NCBI RefSeq assembly: GCF_018350175.1
Contig: NC_058369.1
Location: 28,522,001-28,586,000 of the forward strand
Direction: 5' to 3'
Source: Felis catus
Lineage: Eukaryota
DNA length: 64,000 bases
The notes beneath the pieces are model-generated. The model was given only the letters and a program-made list of their open reading frames with translations. It was not told where the DNA came from and did not search any database. The translations under genes and the position numbers were made by a program. How positions within the stretch are numbered: position 1 is the stretch's first letter; each line of letters opens with the position of its first letter. Of this stretch, positions 37,701 through 50,609 are shown one piece after another.

Positions 37701-38469
37701 TGCTAAGAGGGTAGAATTTAAGTGTTCTCACCAAAAAAGATAAAGTAAAGAGATAAATATGTGATGTGACAGTTGAGTTAATTAACTCAATGGCGGGAAT
37801 CCTTTCACAATATGTACATATATCAAATAATCACATCGTACACTTTAAATATATTACCACTTTGTCAATTATAGTTCAATAAAGCTGAAAAAATTAAAAA
37901 AAAATAAACTTGTTGGTACAATAATTAAGCATTTCCAAACAAGTAGTCCTTCTTACATGATTAGAATGTGTGGAATGCCTAGAAGCAGCTTTTCCAAATG
38001 AATTCATCGATAAACATGAAACATAAAATTTACTGCTCTAGTTTTCCCAGAGACCCTATCTAGGACAGACTGCCCTAGGACAGATGATTAAGTTAGTTTA
38101 GGTCCAATTCAGGACTACATAACATGGAGTTATGTCTTAGGCCCCTCAGGCAATTTGGAGCCTTCCAGGTCAAAGAAGGCCTGCCAAAATCTAAAATCAA
38201 TAGGGCCATTTAAATGATGACATCCCCAGTGGGTAGAGATATTTGACTCCACACATCAATGGCATGAGCTTCTGTCCTGAGCACTCATCAATAGGTCCAA
38301 GATCCCATTACAGCCTTTTAATTTATGCTCAGTGATATTAGGATTTAATTGATGCCAAAGATATCGCCTGCCACTAGACAATGATGTTGTGGCAATCAGT
38401 AGAAAATGGCCTTCCCAGATATGCCAGGGAATCTACTGGCTGTATTTACTGGCTTAGCTGGCTACTTCT

Positions 38470-38955
38470 ACTTTATAGTAGGTCTCTGTTTTTCTGCCTA
38501 CCCATCATTCATACCCTCCCATCTTCTTTTATTAGCAAGGCAACTTTCCCTTGGGAAAACATTCCACCCATATTCTTAGTCCATGTTGCTTAAGAGGAAT
38601 TGATTCACCCACAGTTTCAGGGATAGCTACATACGCTAGATGTGGTCAATTACCTTGGGACAGTGCCAATAAGATCGAAACTTTGAATTTTCACTTGAAC
38701 TATCAGAAATGTGAAACTCTTACTTCCTGCTGTTGGGATTGCTACACTGGAAGTCCGGAATGGATGTGTATCACTGGAAACGCTCATGCCACTAGGGTGA
38801 GATATGGCTTTAGAACAAACAATGGATAGATCATTTGATCTTCTGGAACCAGCAATTCTAGAAATCTTGTGCCTGTATTTTTTCAGTATATATGCCAATA
38901 AAACACCTTTTTCATTTAGTCCATTTTGAGTTGTATTTTCTGTCTCTTGCAATCA
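38470..38955 (+). mobile_element. Old MaLR LTR (MLT1K/L-like)
   Basis: gccaataaaacaccttt...ccattttgagttgtattttctgtctcttgcaa terminus. Confidence 0.6.
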
Positions 38956-39161
38956 TTCTCAGAAACTGCAAAAAGATGGGCTGCTGCACAAACTATGCAC
39001 TGATGGTATGCCATTTATTTTCTAGAACTATGCAATTTATTACACCCCTATTCTGAGCCATATATCAAAAAGCACCAAGGTATTTAGACAACAGAGCTTC
39101 TACAAACAATAGTATACTTGATCTTCATAAAGTTAACTTGGCCATAAGAAAACAGTCAATC

Positions 39162-39389
39162 GGGAGCATCTGGGTGGCTCAGTCAGTTGATCATCTGACT
39201 TGGGCTCAGGTCATGATCTCGCAGTTCATGAGTTTGAGCCCCACATGAGGTTCACTGCTGTCAGCTCAGAGCCCACTTTGGGTCCTCTGTTCCCCTCTCT
39301 CTCTGCCCCTCCCCACTCATTCTCTCTCTCCCTCTCTGTCTCTCTCTTTCTTTCTCAAAAATGAATAAACACTAAAAAAAAAAAAAGAA
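39162..39389 (+). mobile_element. CanSINE
   Basis: Head, CT tract, A tail; TSD aagaaaacagt. Confidence 0.95.
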
Positions 39390-39716
39390 AAGAAAACAGT
39401 TATTTATGGGACATATGGCTCAACATTATTCATTAAGCCAAACATGGCTCTAAGATTAGAAGACAGCACTTCACTAAAACAAGACTTCTTCAACTTAACT
39501 CAATGGGCCTTTCCGATCATTTGGTCTTACGGCCCCCAAATGTCAGTCCACAGACTGGGAACGTTTGCCAGAGTGTGGCCAAATCATTAATAGTCCACAG
39601 AGTAACGAGGGGAAAAAAGACTCTAATAAAGTTTTAACGAAGCTATGTCATTTCATTTTTACATTCTAAGATTTGATGTTTACAGATTCTCTTTTGCAAA
39701 ATAATGTCAATAGTCG

Positions 39717-39753
39717 ATATCATTAATAATATCATTAATAATATCATTAATAA
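39717..39753 (+). repeat. 12-bp tandem repeat (ATATCATTAATA)x3
   Basis: Read directly. Confidence 0.85.
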
Positions 39754-40197
39754 CATCAAGCCCACGACCCCCACCCACCCAAGATGCCCTAGTTTGCTGT
39801 AAATGCTCTCAGCTGTCAATACTGACAGCCACACTTCTTTCTTCCTCACTTCTATCTCTCCCTGCTCTTTCTCAGCCACCTCTAAGGGCTGTTCTCCCCT
39901 CCTGGAGTTTTCCAAATGGGGAATTCCTTTGTCTTTTGTAATACCGATTACAGTAGCCTTTCTCTGGTCTCCTCAAATCTGCATCTCCTCCTGTAACTCT
40001 GCTCACCTCCTTAGGCCAGATGCAAGAAGAAGCTATCCTTCCTCTTGGGAAGAGGAGAAAGGGAATTATAAATAAATATTTGTTCATCTCAAACACGTAA
40101 ATTCATAAATATTGATAGCAGCATCATTTAAAGCATAAAAGTGTCAAAAAGAACCTAAGTACCCCACAATAAAGGGATGATTAAATTCCCCTATATG

Positions 40198-40423
40198 GGG
40201 GGCACTTGGGTGGCTCAGTTGGTAAAGTGTCTGACTTCAGCTCAGGTCATGATCTCACAGTTTGTGAGTTCAAGCCCTGCATCAGGCTTGATGCTGACAG
40301 CTCAGAGCCTGGAGCCTGCTTCTGATTCTGTGTCTCCCTCTGTCTTTGCCCCTCCCCTGCTCATTCTCTGTCTCTCTCTGTCTCAAAAATAAATAAAAAC
40401 ATTAAAAAATTTTTTTAAATAAA
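40198..40423 (+). mobile_element. CanSINE within an old L1M relic (~40085-40720)
   Basis: TSD taaattcccctatatggg (40182-40199 and 40424-40441). Confidence 0.96.
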
Positions 40424-41681
40424 TAAATTCCCCTATATGGGAAAATCACACACAGTCATTAAAATTATGGTTGTAAAGATGTTGCAGTAACATGGGAGAA
40501 ATGCTGATAATATCAGGTTAAATAAAAAGACACACAAGTATGAAAACACAACTAAGTTAAAATATCCATGCATGGATAAACTATAACACTGTCCACACAG
40601 ATTTAACCACACAGGTGGGGTTATGGGTAATATCTATTTTTGTCTTTAGAGAAGTCTCTGTTATCCAGATTTTCCACAATGGGAACATACTCCTTTTAAA
40701 TGTAGAAAAATATATTTATTAAATTTAGTTATACTTATTTATGTAGTCAATATTTGCTGATTACTCATTCTGTGAATGCCAAAAAACACCATGCTTTTTC
40801 CTGATAGTTTCCTTTACAAGACAGATTTGCCATAAATTTAAACAATATTTGCATTGTTTTTGTCACCATTGTCGTCGTCATCGTTGTTGTTGTTTGGCAG
40901 TGAGAATAACTTGTACTAAGCCAGGCTGCTACCTTTCTCAAAGCCATCCTTCATGTCTAAGGACCACCACTGCACCTGCACAAGCTCCAGGGCTGACCCT
41001 TCCCTATTTGGCATAAAGGCATGCCCATATGGGAAGCCATACTGGGCAGGTATCTTCCAACCAAACTGAGGTCAAGGATCTCATCCAAAGTGCTAGACTA
41101 GTAAAAACCAAAAGAGAGAAATCAAGAAGCCATATAGGAATTAGCAGAAGAAATCAAAGTCAAGTAGAAATACAAGCAGGGAAGTATACAATTCACATAT
41201 TGCTAGTCCGTCCTATTCTAGAATAATGGGAAAGCTTCATCGTTGTCAGAATACCAACACCGAATTTTCTGAATGCTGGGTGACCCCTAAATCAACACTT
41301 ACGTTCTGACAACTTCCCAATTCATCCTCGCCAACTTCATTAAACACCTAGCATGCTTTTTAGAGGAGTGGTTTTGTTTGATTTGCTTTATTTGGCATCT
41401 GAAACTCAATAGGACAAAGGGTAAGATCACTTCTTAACCTCTCTGTAATTAACCAGTTAAGAAAAGGTTTAGTTAGATACTATGACACATTAATATATAT
41501 TAGTTCCAAATCATTTTATTTCAGATAGACATTATCAGCTACCTTCTCCCTACTGTGCCAAAACTGTATACAGGGCTATTTTAGCAGAAACCCCATTCAT
41601 TCTAAATTCAAGGTACTCAATTCTGCCTGAAGGACACAGACTCTTATGGTATCTACAGGAGGGGAGGAATATGAGAAATCC

Positions 41682-41882
41682 TTTTTTAAAATTTTTTTAA
41701 AGTTTATTTATTTATTTTGAGAGAGAGACAGACAGACAGAGAGGGTCAAGAGAGAATCCCAAGAAGGCTCCTTGCTGTCAGTGCACAGGCTGATGTGGGG
41801 CTCCATCTCAGGAACTACGAGATCATGACCTGAGCCGAAATCAAGAGTCAGATGTTTAACTGACTGAGCCACCCAGGCACCC
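41682..41882 (-). mobile_element. CanSINE
   Basis: TSD aggaatatgagaa (41665-41677 and 41883-41895). Confidence 0.95.
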
Positions 41883-42400
41883 AGGAATATGAGAATGCTC
41901 TCTCTTGGTAATCACTAGGACCCAACTGCACAGGATTGGGTGAAACAATTTTGTTAGTCCAGAGATAATGGGAGATGTAGCAATAACTCTGAAAGTCATT
42001 TGGATGAGAAGGTTAAAGAGAATGAAATGAGCACTTTTTGAGTTATCATGGATTGGAGAGGAAATACAGTCACTGCATCTGGGAAGTTAGGATCCCTGCT
42101 ACGCAAAATTCTATGGCCTGGCAGAAATGTCTGAGACTAAAGGCATTGGAGCTTTTAGACTTTTTAAAGTTTTCATTTTGAAAAAAATATTCAAACTGTA
42201 GAAAACATATAAGAATTATATAATTAACTTCCATATACCATTCCCTAGATTACTAATTGCTACTGTTTTTCCCTATTTATTTTATCTCTTTCACTCTCTC
42301 ATCTCCCTCTCATCTCATGTCCCTCCTCTCATGTAATCTCTCCCTCCCTCAAATGAAAACAAAAAAAAAAAGTTTATTTGCTAAACCACTTGAGAGTGAG

Positions 42401-42966
42401 TGTTGAAAGGTTCTAGAATATGGTCTTAGAATACCACTCCAAAATGGTGTATGTGGCACTTCACTTTGGCCAAAGGGTTATTTTGAGCTAAAGGCAATTG
42501 AGAACAAGCAGACTAGGAAAAAGCTCTATACATCCCTGGATCTGTATGACAATAAAGTGTCATTTTCCTCTTTTGTTAAGGAAAGTTCCCTTTATGAAGG
42601 AAATTTCCATTTGTAAAGCTTTCTTTCTTATCAGGAAGAGAGCTACTCCAGGAAATAACTCTCCTATTACCTAAGAGTTAGGTATCTTCTCTGCAGAACA
42701 AGATAACTTTTACTTGCCATACATTTCCTTCCCCACATTCCACAATTTGCCCCCACATCTTTGCCTAGAAGGCCCCACCCCCTTTAGCCTAAAATGCTAT
42801 GTAAATTACAATCATCTGGCCATCTCTTAGAGCCACGTTCTTCTTTGCGAACTCCAGTACCAGTACACTCATACAAAGGTAATTAAAACTGCTCTCTTAT
42901 TACTCTGCTTTTTGTCCTTTGGCTGTGAGCTCCAGGAGCTGAACCTAGGGAGGGTAGAGGAAAACA
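42401..42966 (+). mobile_element. ERV1-class solo LTR (MER34-like)
   Basis: tgttg start; ttattttgagctaaaggcaattgagaa; ends gaacctagggagggtagaggaaaaca. Confidence 0.78.
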
Positions 42967-43288
42967 GGTGCGATATCAAAGTCTTCTAAGAATAAGAGCT
43001 GTCTCTCACATAAACACAGTGCTATCATCAAATTCAGGGGCTTTAACACTAAAGAGTACTATCTTAAATATGGTCCATATTTACATTTCTTCAGTCCCAA
43101 GAATGTCCTGTTCTTTTTCCTCATTCCAGGATCACACTGTTTTTAATTAGCATGTGTCTTTTATCTTCTTGAATCTGGAATAGTTCCTCATATTTTCTTT
43201 GCCGCTCCTGGCATTAACAGTTTTGAAGAAGTCAGACCTGTGTTTTGAGTGTATTTATGCCAGTCTCATTGTTTCCTTGGAATTAGAC

Positions 43289-43614
43289 TGTTACAGCAAA
43301 TACTCGGCACACAGGGAGAGACAAAGGACAATTTCCCAATTTCTTGGGAAATCGGAAGACTGTTGATTTCATATCGGTGATGGCCCAGTGGAGTCACCTA
43401 AAAAGGCTGAGCATCCAGCTCAGGTTTTACTGATCTTTTATACATATGTGATTCCGGGTTGGGCGGGACTATTATAGTGAGGCTTGTAGTTCCTGGCTGC
43501 TGGCTGATGAAAGAGGCAAGCAAAACTTCAGAAGCCAAAAGCATGCAAAGGGAGTATGTGGCCTCAGAAATCTGGCTGGCCCTTTCTATTTGCCTTTGAC
43601 AGCTTTCCTTCTCA
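43289..43614 (-). mobile_element. Small solo LTR (~326 bp), family unassigned
   Basis: TG...CA ends; interrupts the L1MC at attagac|agaatc; TATAAAA on the minus strand at ~43436-43442. Confidence 0.6.
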
Positions 43615-43777
43615 AGAATCACATTACACATTTTTGAGAGGCATACTACTGAAGTGACTTTATGTCCTTCTTACTGCATTCTATTGGAAAGAAACAGATG
43701 GAAGTTTTTCCCATTGCCAGGGATATTAACTTTGATCCTTGGATGAGGTGGTATGTGCCAGGTTACTCCCTGTATCT

Positions 43778-44877
43778 GTGTGTGTGTATTCTCCTCTGAA
43801 ATAGATCATAAAACCCTCATGTGAGAGATGCCCTCCTTATGATGAGGGAGCATGAGGCAAGCTGAGAGCAAAATACAGACTGGCATTCCTCCCTCCCCCC
43901 AGGTGGATTATGTATGATATTCCTTGGACACTACTGGCTACTTAAGAACAAAGGAAAGGGGTTTAAGTGCTTGCCATGGTGATGTGGGAAACTAGGGCAA
44001 ATGAAGAACTGAATTCCCTTACTGCCTACAGCCCCTTGACAAGTCCTTGACACTGGCAGAGTGACCTCTCTCTAGGAGCTCAGCTGCCTCAAGGATGACA
44101 CTTTGCTAGGGACAAAAGAGAACCTTTAGCTTAACATCCCAACCTCGAGGATCCTGTAAGTCTACTTCCTTTATCTCAATTGCTCTAAGATATATGCTGG
44201 CAATCATGCTCCAAGCTTATGATCCACTGATATACACCTAAAGGGTCTCATGACTAAGGTTTTATTAAATGGTGATAAATGGTGTTTCCCTAGCAACTGC
44301 TAGCCCCTCAGGTTCTGGAAACCTTGCTTCCAAAATTCCTTAGAGATACACTCTATCCCTGACCCCCTCCCAACCTGTGGGTATATAATGAGTTACCCGT
44401 CAGGACACCAGTGAAGCTCTTCCTGACCATGGGTCCCATCCTGGTGCTTTAATAAAAATCACCTTTGGCACCAAAGACATAATCAAGAATTCTTTCTTGG
44501 CCATCTGCTCTAGACAACCCCACCATCACCCCAAAACGTCATCACTTATACCTGGAGGAAAAAAAGCATCCCTGTCTCTGAAGACAAGGGACACCAAGAA
44601 GAATTCTTACTAAGTGTTTCCCAGTTTTCCCCCTGCCCAGTTACCCTTACCTCATACCCTCTGACATACACTATTTCTAAATGACTGCTTATTCTTCATC
44701 AAGCCAAGCATACAAATAATCAGATCTGTTTCTTCAGGCCTTCATTTCCTTATAAAGACTCCCATGTCATGTAAAACCTACATTAAATAAATTTGTGTTC
44801 TTTTCTCTTGTCAATCTGTCTTTGTCAGTTTAATTTTCAGACCCAGCCAAAGACTCTAAGTGGGCTTTGCCCTACAG
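43778..44877 (+). mobile_element. ERV1-class LTR (MER39/MER34-like), split by a younger LTR
   Basis: agatcataaaaccctcatgtgagagatgccctcctta|tacctggagg...ttaaataaatttgtg...gccctaca. Confidence 0.75.
43840..44544 (+). mobile_element. Intact ERV1-class solo LTR (705 bp)
   Basis: Inverted ends tgatga...tcatca, 4-bp TSD ctta (43836-43839 and 44545-44548), TATA box (gtatataa ~44381), AATAAA at 44451. Confidence 0.9.
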
Positions 44878-45164
44878 TGTAAATACAGAGAATAAGCAAA
44901 GCATGGAGAAAGATTTTGAAACTGTGTTAATATATTATTCCCAAAAAAAACTTGCACTCAATGGTTTTGGTACCTATTGATGATGCTAGTCTGAATTATT
45001 CTGACAGGAGTTGTAAAATAGTGATATTCTAGTTCCATCATTGCTTCCACATCTATTAGCTGGTATTCCACTGTAAAAAGAACTTCTCTTTCTCTCTCCC
45101 TTCTTTATTGACTTATTTTTTTAATTCACTCATTTTTGTTTTAAGTACACCTGAACCATTTCAT

Positions 45165-45202
45165 CTTTTTTTTAATTTTTTTTATGTTTATTTATTTTTG
45201 AA

Positions 45203-45247
<45 letters not shown>

Positions 45248-45398
45248 GAGGGGCAGATAGAGAGGAAGACAAAGAATCCAAAGCAGGCTCCAGGCTCCAA
45301 GCTTTCAGCACAAAGCCTGATCTGGGGCTCAAACTCACGAACTGTGAGATCATGACCTGAAGTTGGATGCTTAACCGACTGAGCCATCCAGGTGCCCC
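45165..45398 (-). mobile_element. CanSINE with (GA)n
   Basis: Ends gagccatccaggtgcccc; TSD gaaccattt. Confidence 0.95.
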
Positions 45399-45704
45399 AG
45401 AACCATTTGATTTTTAAGTGTCCCGTTTCAAGCTGGCTCCTGTGTCATTCAGACATGTCCTCATCATTTTTTTTTTTTTTGAGCAGTTTTTTTTTATTTG
45501 CTGGCACAGCAAAATGTTCCAGACTTTTCTTGTATTTTACCTGCTCTGGACCAGCTATTTCTTCACAGGCACTGGTTCCTTTTAGTGGGGAATGGTGTTT
45601 AGAAACAAAGAGCAGGAACTGAGTATGCTCCCTGCTGCTGGGGGGCCCTTAATAGAGGGCAGAACGAGGAATTATTTATATACTGATATGAATCGAAACA
45701 GGTT

Positions 45705-45912
45705 ATTAAAATATTTATTTATTTTTGAGAGAGAAAGAGACAGAATGCAAGCGGGGGAGGGGCAGAGAGCTAGAGAGACACAAAATCCAAAGCAGGCTCC
45801 AGGCTCTGAGCTGTCAACACAGAGCCCGACACAGGGCTCGAACTTATGAACCATGATATCATGACCTGAGTGGAAGTCAGACATTTAATCAACTGATCCA
45901 TCTAGGTGTCTC
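45705..45912 (-). mobile_element. CanSINE, followed by AT-rich low-complexity tract to ~46025
   Basis: Body agcaggctccaggctctgagctgtca...tcatgacctgag. Confidence 0.92.
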
Positions 45913-47798
45913 TTTATATAAATAAAAAATTTATATGATAATATATATAAATAATATATATATACTTTATATATTAAGTATATATATGTCATATATTTTT
46001 AAAAATATATATAATTATGTATTTATATTGACACTTCTAGTCTCAATCCAACAGCTCAGTGTCCTAAAAATCCTGGCTCCCCTCCAAAATCGATGTATTT
46101 ATCCAATCCTACCAGATAAAATAATTTCTGAATCATTCCATCAATACTACTATCAATAGCAAATGTATAAAGTTCAAGATTTCTTTCCATTTCTTTTGTC
46201 TTTAGATGGAAGGTATACAGTCAAGGAACTATGCTCAAAATAATTTGAATTACTACTTTTTTTCCTAATGTGCTATCATGTCATCCATTTGATATACAAT
46301 TGGGACCATTTACCTCCGTTTTTATTCAATTTCTATCTCAATACTGTAATTTATTTTTATTTTTAAGCTTATAAAACATAAAAACATGATTTCAAAGTCA
46401 AAACTATAAAAAAAAAAGTGCTAACACTCCTTACCCTAACTCCTCTAATCCCATTCCCACTCAGTAGGTTACTAATTTCATTCTTTCCAGTTTAACTTTC
46501 TGTGATTCCTTTTGCAGAAATGATTGATGGATTGATCAACAGATGACAGACAGACAGACATTCTTATTTCTCCTTCTTTCTTATATAAAATGTAGCCTGC
46601 TATATCTACTCTTTTGTATTTTGCTTTTTGTACTAATAATATCTCTGGGACTCACTCCATACCAGTGCAAAAGGAACTTTCTCATTCTATATTATAGCAC
46701 ATCTCTGTATGGGCTCCATCAGGATTCATTCAAATACTTTCCTTTTGCACAGATATTTAGGCTGTTTCCAGTATTTTGTAAGTACAAATAATCATGCGTG
46801 TCTCATATTATGAGTGGAGTTGAACATACTTTCTTATGCTTAAGAACGATTCCATATCAATTCCTGTGAATTATCTAGATCTCCTGCAACTTTCCTGTTG
46901 GATTTTGGGCCCCCTTCTCTTCTTAATTTATAACTCTTTATATATGAGGAATGTTAGGTCTTTATCCGAAATATATCTTGCAAATATCTTCTCCCAATTT
47001 GACAGCTATGGTTTGACTTTTATTTATTTATTTGCCAGGCAAAATAAAAAAAAATTGTTTTTAATTTTTAATTTTATACATTCAAGTTTCAGTGCATCTG
47101 GATTTTGAATTATATATAGAAAGCCTTTCTTTGCCCCCAGGTTATAAAGAAATTCCCCTTATAGTTACATTTAAGTGGGCATGTGTGTAGGAATAAAATA
47201 TTTGTTTATTGACCTCTGGGCAATGTCAAAGATGCATGCTTTTTATTTCCATAGGACCTTCATCTCCAACAGCATAGTTTTCACTTTCCCTAACGCCAAG
47301 TTTCCTCACTAGGCCAGCTTCACCAGAGAGCTGTGCATGAAATCCAAATTATCAAAGAAGATTCTGCTCACTTGTCAGAACCACATGAATCTTCTGTCAA
47401 GCAAATAATAATTTGTAGGGCAAATCTGTTTTATAGTCACATATTTTGTAAAACAAGGATCACCTGTATTATATCTTATTGTCTCTCAATGATGTATGTA
47501 CTTTCTCATATCACTGTTATTATCAAGTAATGCATGTTTAGTTTAGAAAAATAAAGCTATTGATAGTAAAAGCAAATAAAACTTTTAAAATTTTTAACAG
47601 GGAGAATGGGTTGCTATATCCATACATATCTATGGAAAAAAACTTCTCTTTTCACTAAGACCCTTCTAATTATATTTCCTGTTTGTAATCTATTTCCATT
47701 TTCACTCACTGTAAAAAATGTTTGCATGTTACTGAGTTGTCTACAACAATGTTTGAAAAAGCTACATGGTATTCCACTATATAAAGACTTAAAACATT

Positions 47799-47921
47799 GG
47801 GGTGCCTGGGTAGTTTAGTTGGGTGAGCATCCCATTCTTGATTTCAATTCAAGTTATGATCTCATGGTTGTAGGATCAAGCCCCATATTGGGCGCTGTGC
47901 TGAGTGTGGAGCATGCTTGGG

Positions 47922-47967
<46 letters not shown>

Positions 47968-48022
47968 CACCACTTGTTCGTGCACATGCTCTCTCTCAAA
48001 ATAAATAAATAAACATTTTTAA
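47799..48022 (+). mobile_element. CanSINE within an old minus-strand L1M relic (~47500-48290)
   Basis: TSD aaagacttaaaacatt / aaagactgaaagcatt; (CT)n. Confidence 0.93.
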
Positions 48023-48589
48023 AAAGACTGAAAGCATTTAACCAAGTACTGCACACTTAGGATGTTTGGGTTTCTCTTTTTCATATCATAAACAGCTCTA
48101 TAATAATGTTACTTAAAGATGCACACCTTTGTGACTTGTCCAAATATTTAAGGTAAATATCTAGACATGCAGCTGTTGGGTCAAAGAGTAAACAATATTT
48201 TTCATACATACACCAAGTTGCCACCAGCACTGTTTGAAAATAACTGTTTCCTTTACTCACAACCCACCCACACTGAGTGTTATCATTCATTGTTCTCTAT
48301 CTCTTGATGTTTTTAATAACACAAGACTAAACAGTACTGTAAACCTCTATAAAACCACAAGACAAATTTAGAACAAAGCATTACAGATGTGTGTCTAAAA
48401 TCGCTGTAAAATTCTATCTAGGCTCTAAACAATCTACTGAAACATCTGAGAAACAACTTCATTCAAAAATGAAGATTTTTTTACTCTGCTTGCACAGCTC
48501 AGTATTGAAACCTTAAAATCTCATGCAATTTCTTAACAGCCCTTTCCATTTGGTAGCTGCCAAAGCTTGGTATTGATTATAAATGAACA

Positions 48590-48680
48590 GGAGGGTTCCT
48601 ATATAGGCAGCATCAACCTAAGGAAGTGCGGAAATAAACTTTTAGGAAAGCATCTCCTTTCAAGACGTCACTAATTAAAA
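48590..48680. promoter_or_regulatory. Candidate enhancer core: CArG box, ETS sites, CRE-like and homeodomain motifs
   Basis: CCTATATAGG 48598-48607, AGGAAGT 48621-48627, CGGAAAT 48629-48635, GACGTCA 48664-48670, TAATTA 48672-48677, in apparently repeat-free DNA. Confidence 0.4.
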
Positions 48681-49767
48681 CTCCATGATAATTCTCCCTT
48701 GTCAATTACTGGCTAAAATTTTTACTTCACGTTCTAATCTAATGGCCCACATGTCTAAATTACACTTTTAATTGAAAAACAACAACATGGAATTTTTCTG
48801 TTTTGAACCATCTGTGTTTTCCCAAAACCTGTGATTGCTACCAATAAATCCAATCAAACCCAATCTTAAGGTTCAAAAAGCTTAGGAAAATAATAATGCT
48901 GTTCCACAAAAACATGACGTGATCAGAAGCACTTGCTTTAAAATTCAATGTTTGGTGTGTGAAGCTTCTTAACAAGTGTTTATTAAACTGCATAATTTCA
49001 AAGCCTGGAGTGGTATATTGCAATGTTTTCCTGGGAGTTGATCACATTTGCATATCCTTTTACACTTCCTGTGAAATTAATATTGCCTTTTGTATCTTGA
49101 ACTCAGCTAATATAACTTGCCATTTTTACTTTTCATTGCTATGAGTAATATAGAGTAAACCCCCAAAGGGACCCCTGCAATGCCTACATAAGCTTTATTC
49201 TCTGGCTGTTACATTTTTTCATATGAATATATTAAATCATGATTAATAAACCTTTACAGAATCCACTGGTCTTGCAAAAAGGCAAGATTCATAATGATAA
49301 AGGCTGCCCAATGAATACAGGAAACTTGCTCCTAAAGTGGAATCAAAGGCCAGGGTTCACAGAGCTCCCGTCACATCCAACAGCACACCAGAGGTCCTTC
49401 ACCAAGTAGGAAACATTTCAACAGTCACTCAGCTCATTGTCTTTGCAAGACTGGCTTAACCACCAGGATACCATAACCCAGCTGGTGACAATTAGACTTC
49501 TTTCTCTCAGGAATACATCTCTGTCAGATGTTAAAATCTGACAATTCCTGGATTTTTAAAATTCCAGCTGGGGCCCCTGGGAGTGAGAATGAGATGATAG
49601 TCAAAGAAAGAGGGTGGTAGGGGTTGAGGGAAAGAGGAAGTAGGTATCAGGAGTAGCTGAGAAGCTCCAAAAAGCAAATCAGATGCAGAAGAGGAGAATC
49701 TGGAATTACTACATACCACTCTAGACAAAGGTCACTGGAGGCCCCAAAGCATCATTCCCCACTCATC

Positions 49768-50272
49768 TGGAGGAAAAAAAAAAATTTCCCTTTAACATCT
49801 GAGTTCGTGTCTGAAACTCCCCTATCGTAAAAGGAGAATGGAAGGGGGAAAAACTTAATTTTGCACACACATACAGGAGCCCCAGTAAGATATGAGACTC
49901 AAAAGGCAGCCAGAGGATTGAGGTTTATACACCATCCTGTGCTCAGGAAAAGGATAGTAGTCTAAGGCTTCAAAGGGGGAAGGCAATTCACTGGAAGGTG
50001 AGAGGTGGAGATGTTGGGTAAACAAATTTAGCCCTGCCAAGCAGATAAGTCTCTCAGGGGAAAAAGTTCTCTCTAGTAATAGACTCTTTCTCCTGTAGGC
50101 TTCCTTTCTAATGTAAATACCCTTTATAAATGTAGATTTTCCCTTACAAAGGGGTAACTTCTATTGTTTTCAGAGATTCTCCTAGGTCTGCAGTTTCTTA
50201 AAAAATAATCAGCTCAGAATAATCCTTAAACCAAAGAAGCCTATTTTGGGGTGGCCTATTCTGCCCCCTTCA
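49768..50272 (-). mobile_element. ERV1-class solo LTR (MER34-like)
   Basis: aataatcagctcagaataatcc...ttttggggtggcctattctgcccccttca is the reverse complement of the start of the LTR at 63339. Confidence 0.8.
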
Positions 50273-50609
50273 GCCCTCCTCAGCTGCTCTGCCTAGCTGA
50301 CAATCTAGTCAAGGCCAGAACACCTAAAAGACAATCCAAAGGAAAAGTGGGGGCAACTTCATGATTCCTGACCAAGGGGATAAATAGGCCATACCACAAC
50401 AGAGATCACCCTCTGCCACACCTGGTACTGTTCTCATTTTTTCTCCTGCTTCAAGCCCATCTGCAGCTTGGTCAAGAGGGTGGGCTGGCATCCAGGACCA
50501 GGATTAGGGGAAGGCAAGTTAGCAACTGGCCTCAGGTGCAAAATTTAAAGACTGCTAAAAAAAAAAAAAGACCTCACTAATCAAAATAATACTCAATGTA
50601 GTATATATA

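Larger units (their letters stand above)
31450..37905 (+). mobile_element. Near full-length decayed LINE-1 (L1MA9-like 3'UTR)
   Basis: 5'UTR, ORF1 relic (~32070-33170), ORF2 relic from ~33690 (tcaataattacttttaagtgtaaatgga; ccagatggcttcactggtgaattctacc), 3'UTR ending caataaagctgaaaaaa. 5' boundary approximate. Confidence 0.93.
42160..47170 (-). mobile_element. Old L1MC-like relic fragmented by four LTRs and two SINEs
   Basis: Collinear pieces such as gaatctggaatagttcctc, atattaactttgatc, atctattagctggtattccactgtaaaaaga, tggttccttttagtggggaatggtgtttagaaac, ttgcaaatatcttctccca. Confidence 0.72.

Noticed and set aside
40182..40441. Duplicated CArG boxes
   Set aside because: cctatatgg has only five A/T bases, and the duplication is simply a SINE TSD.
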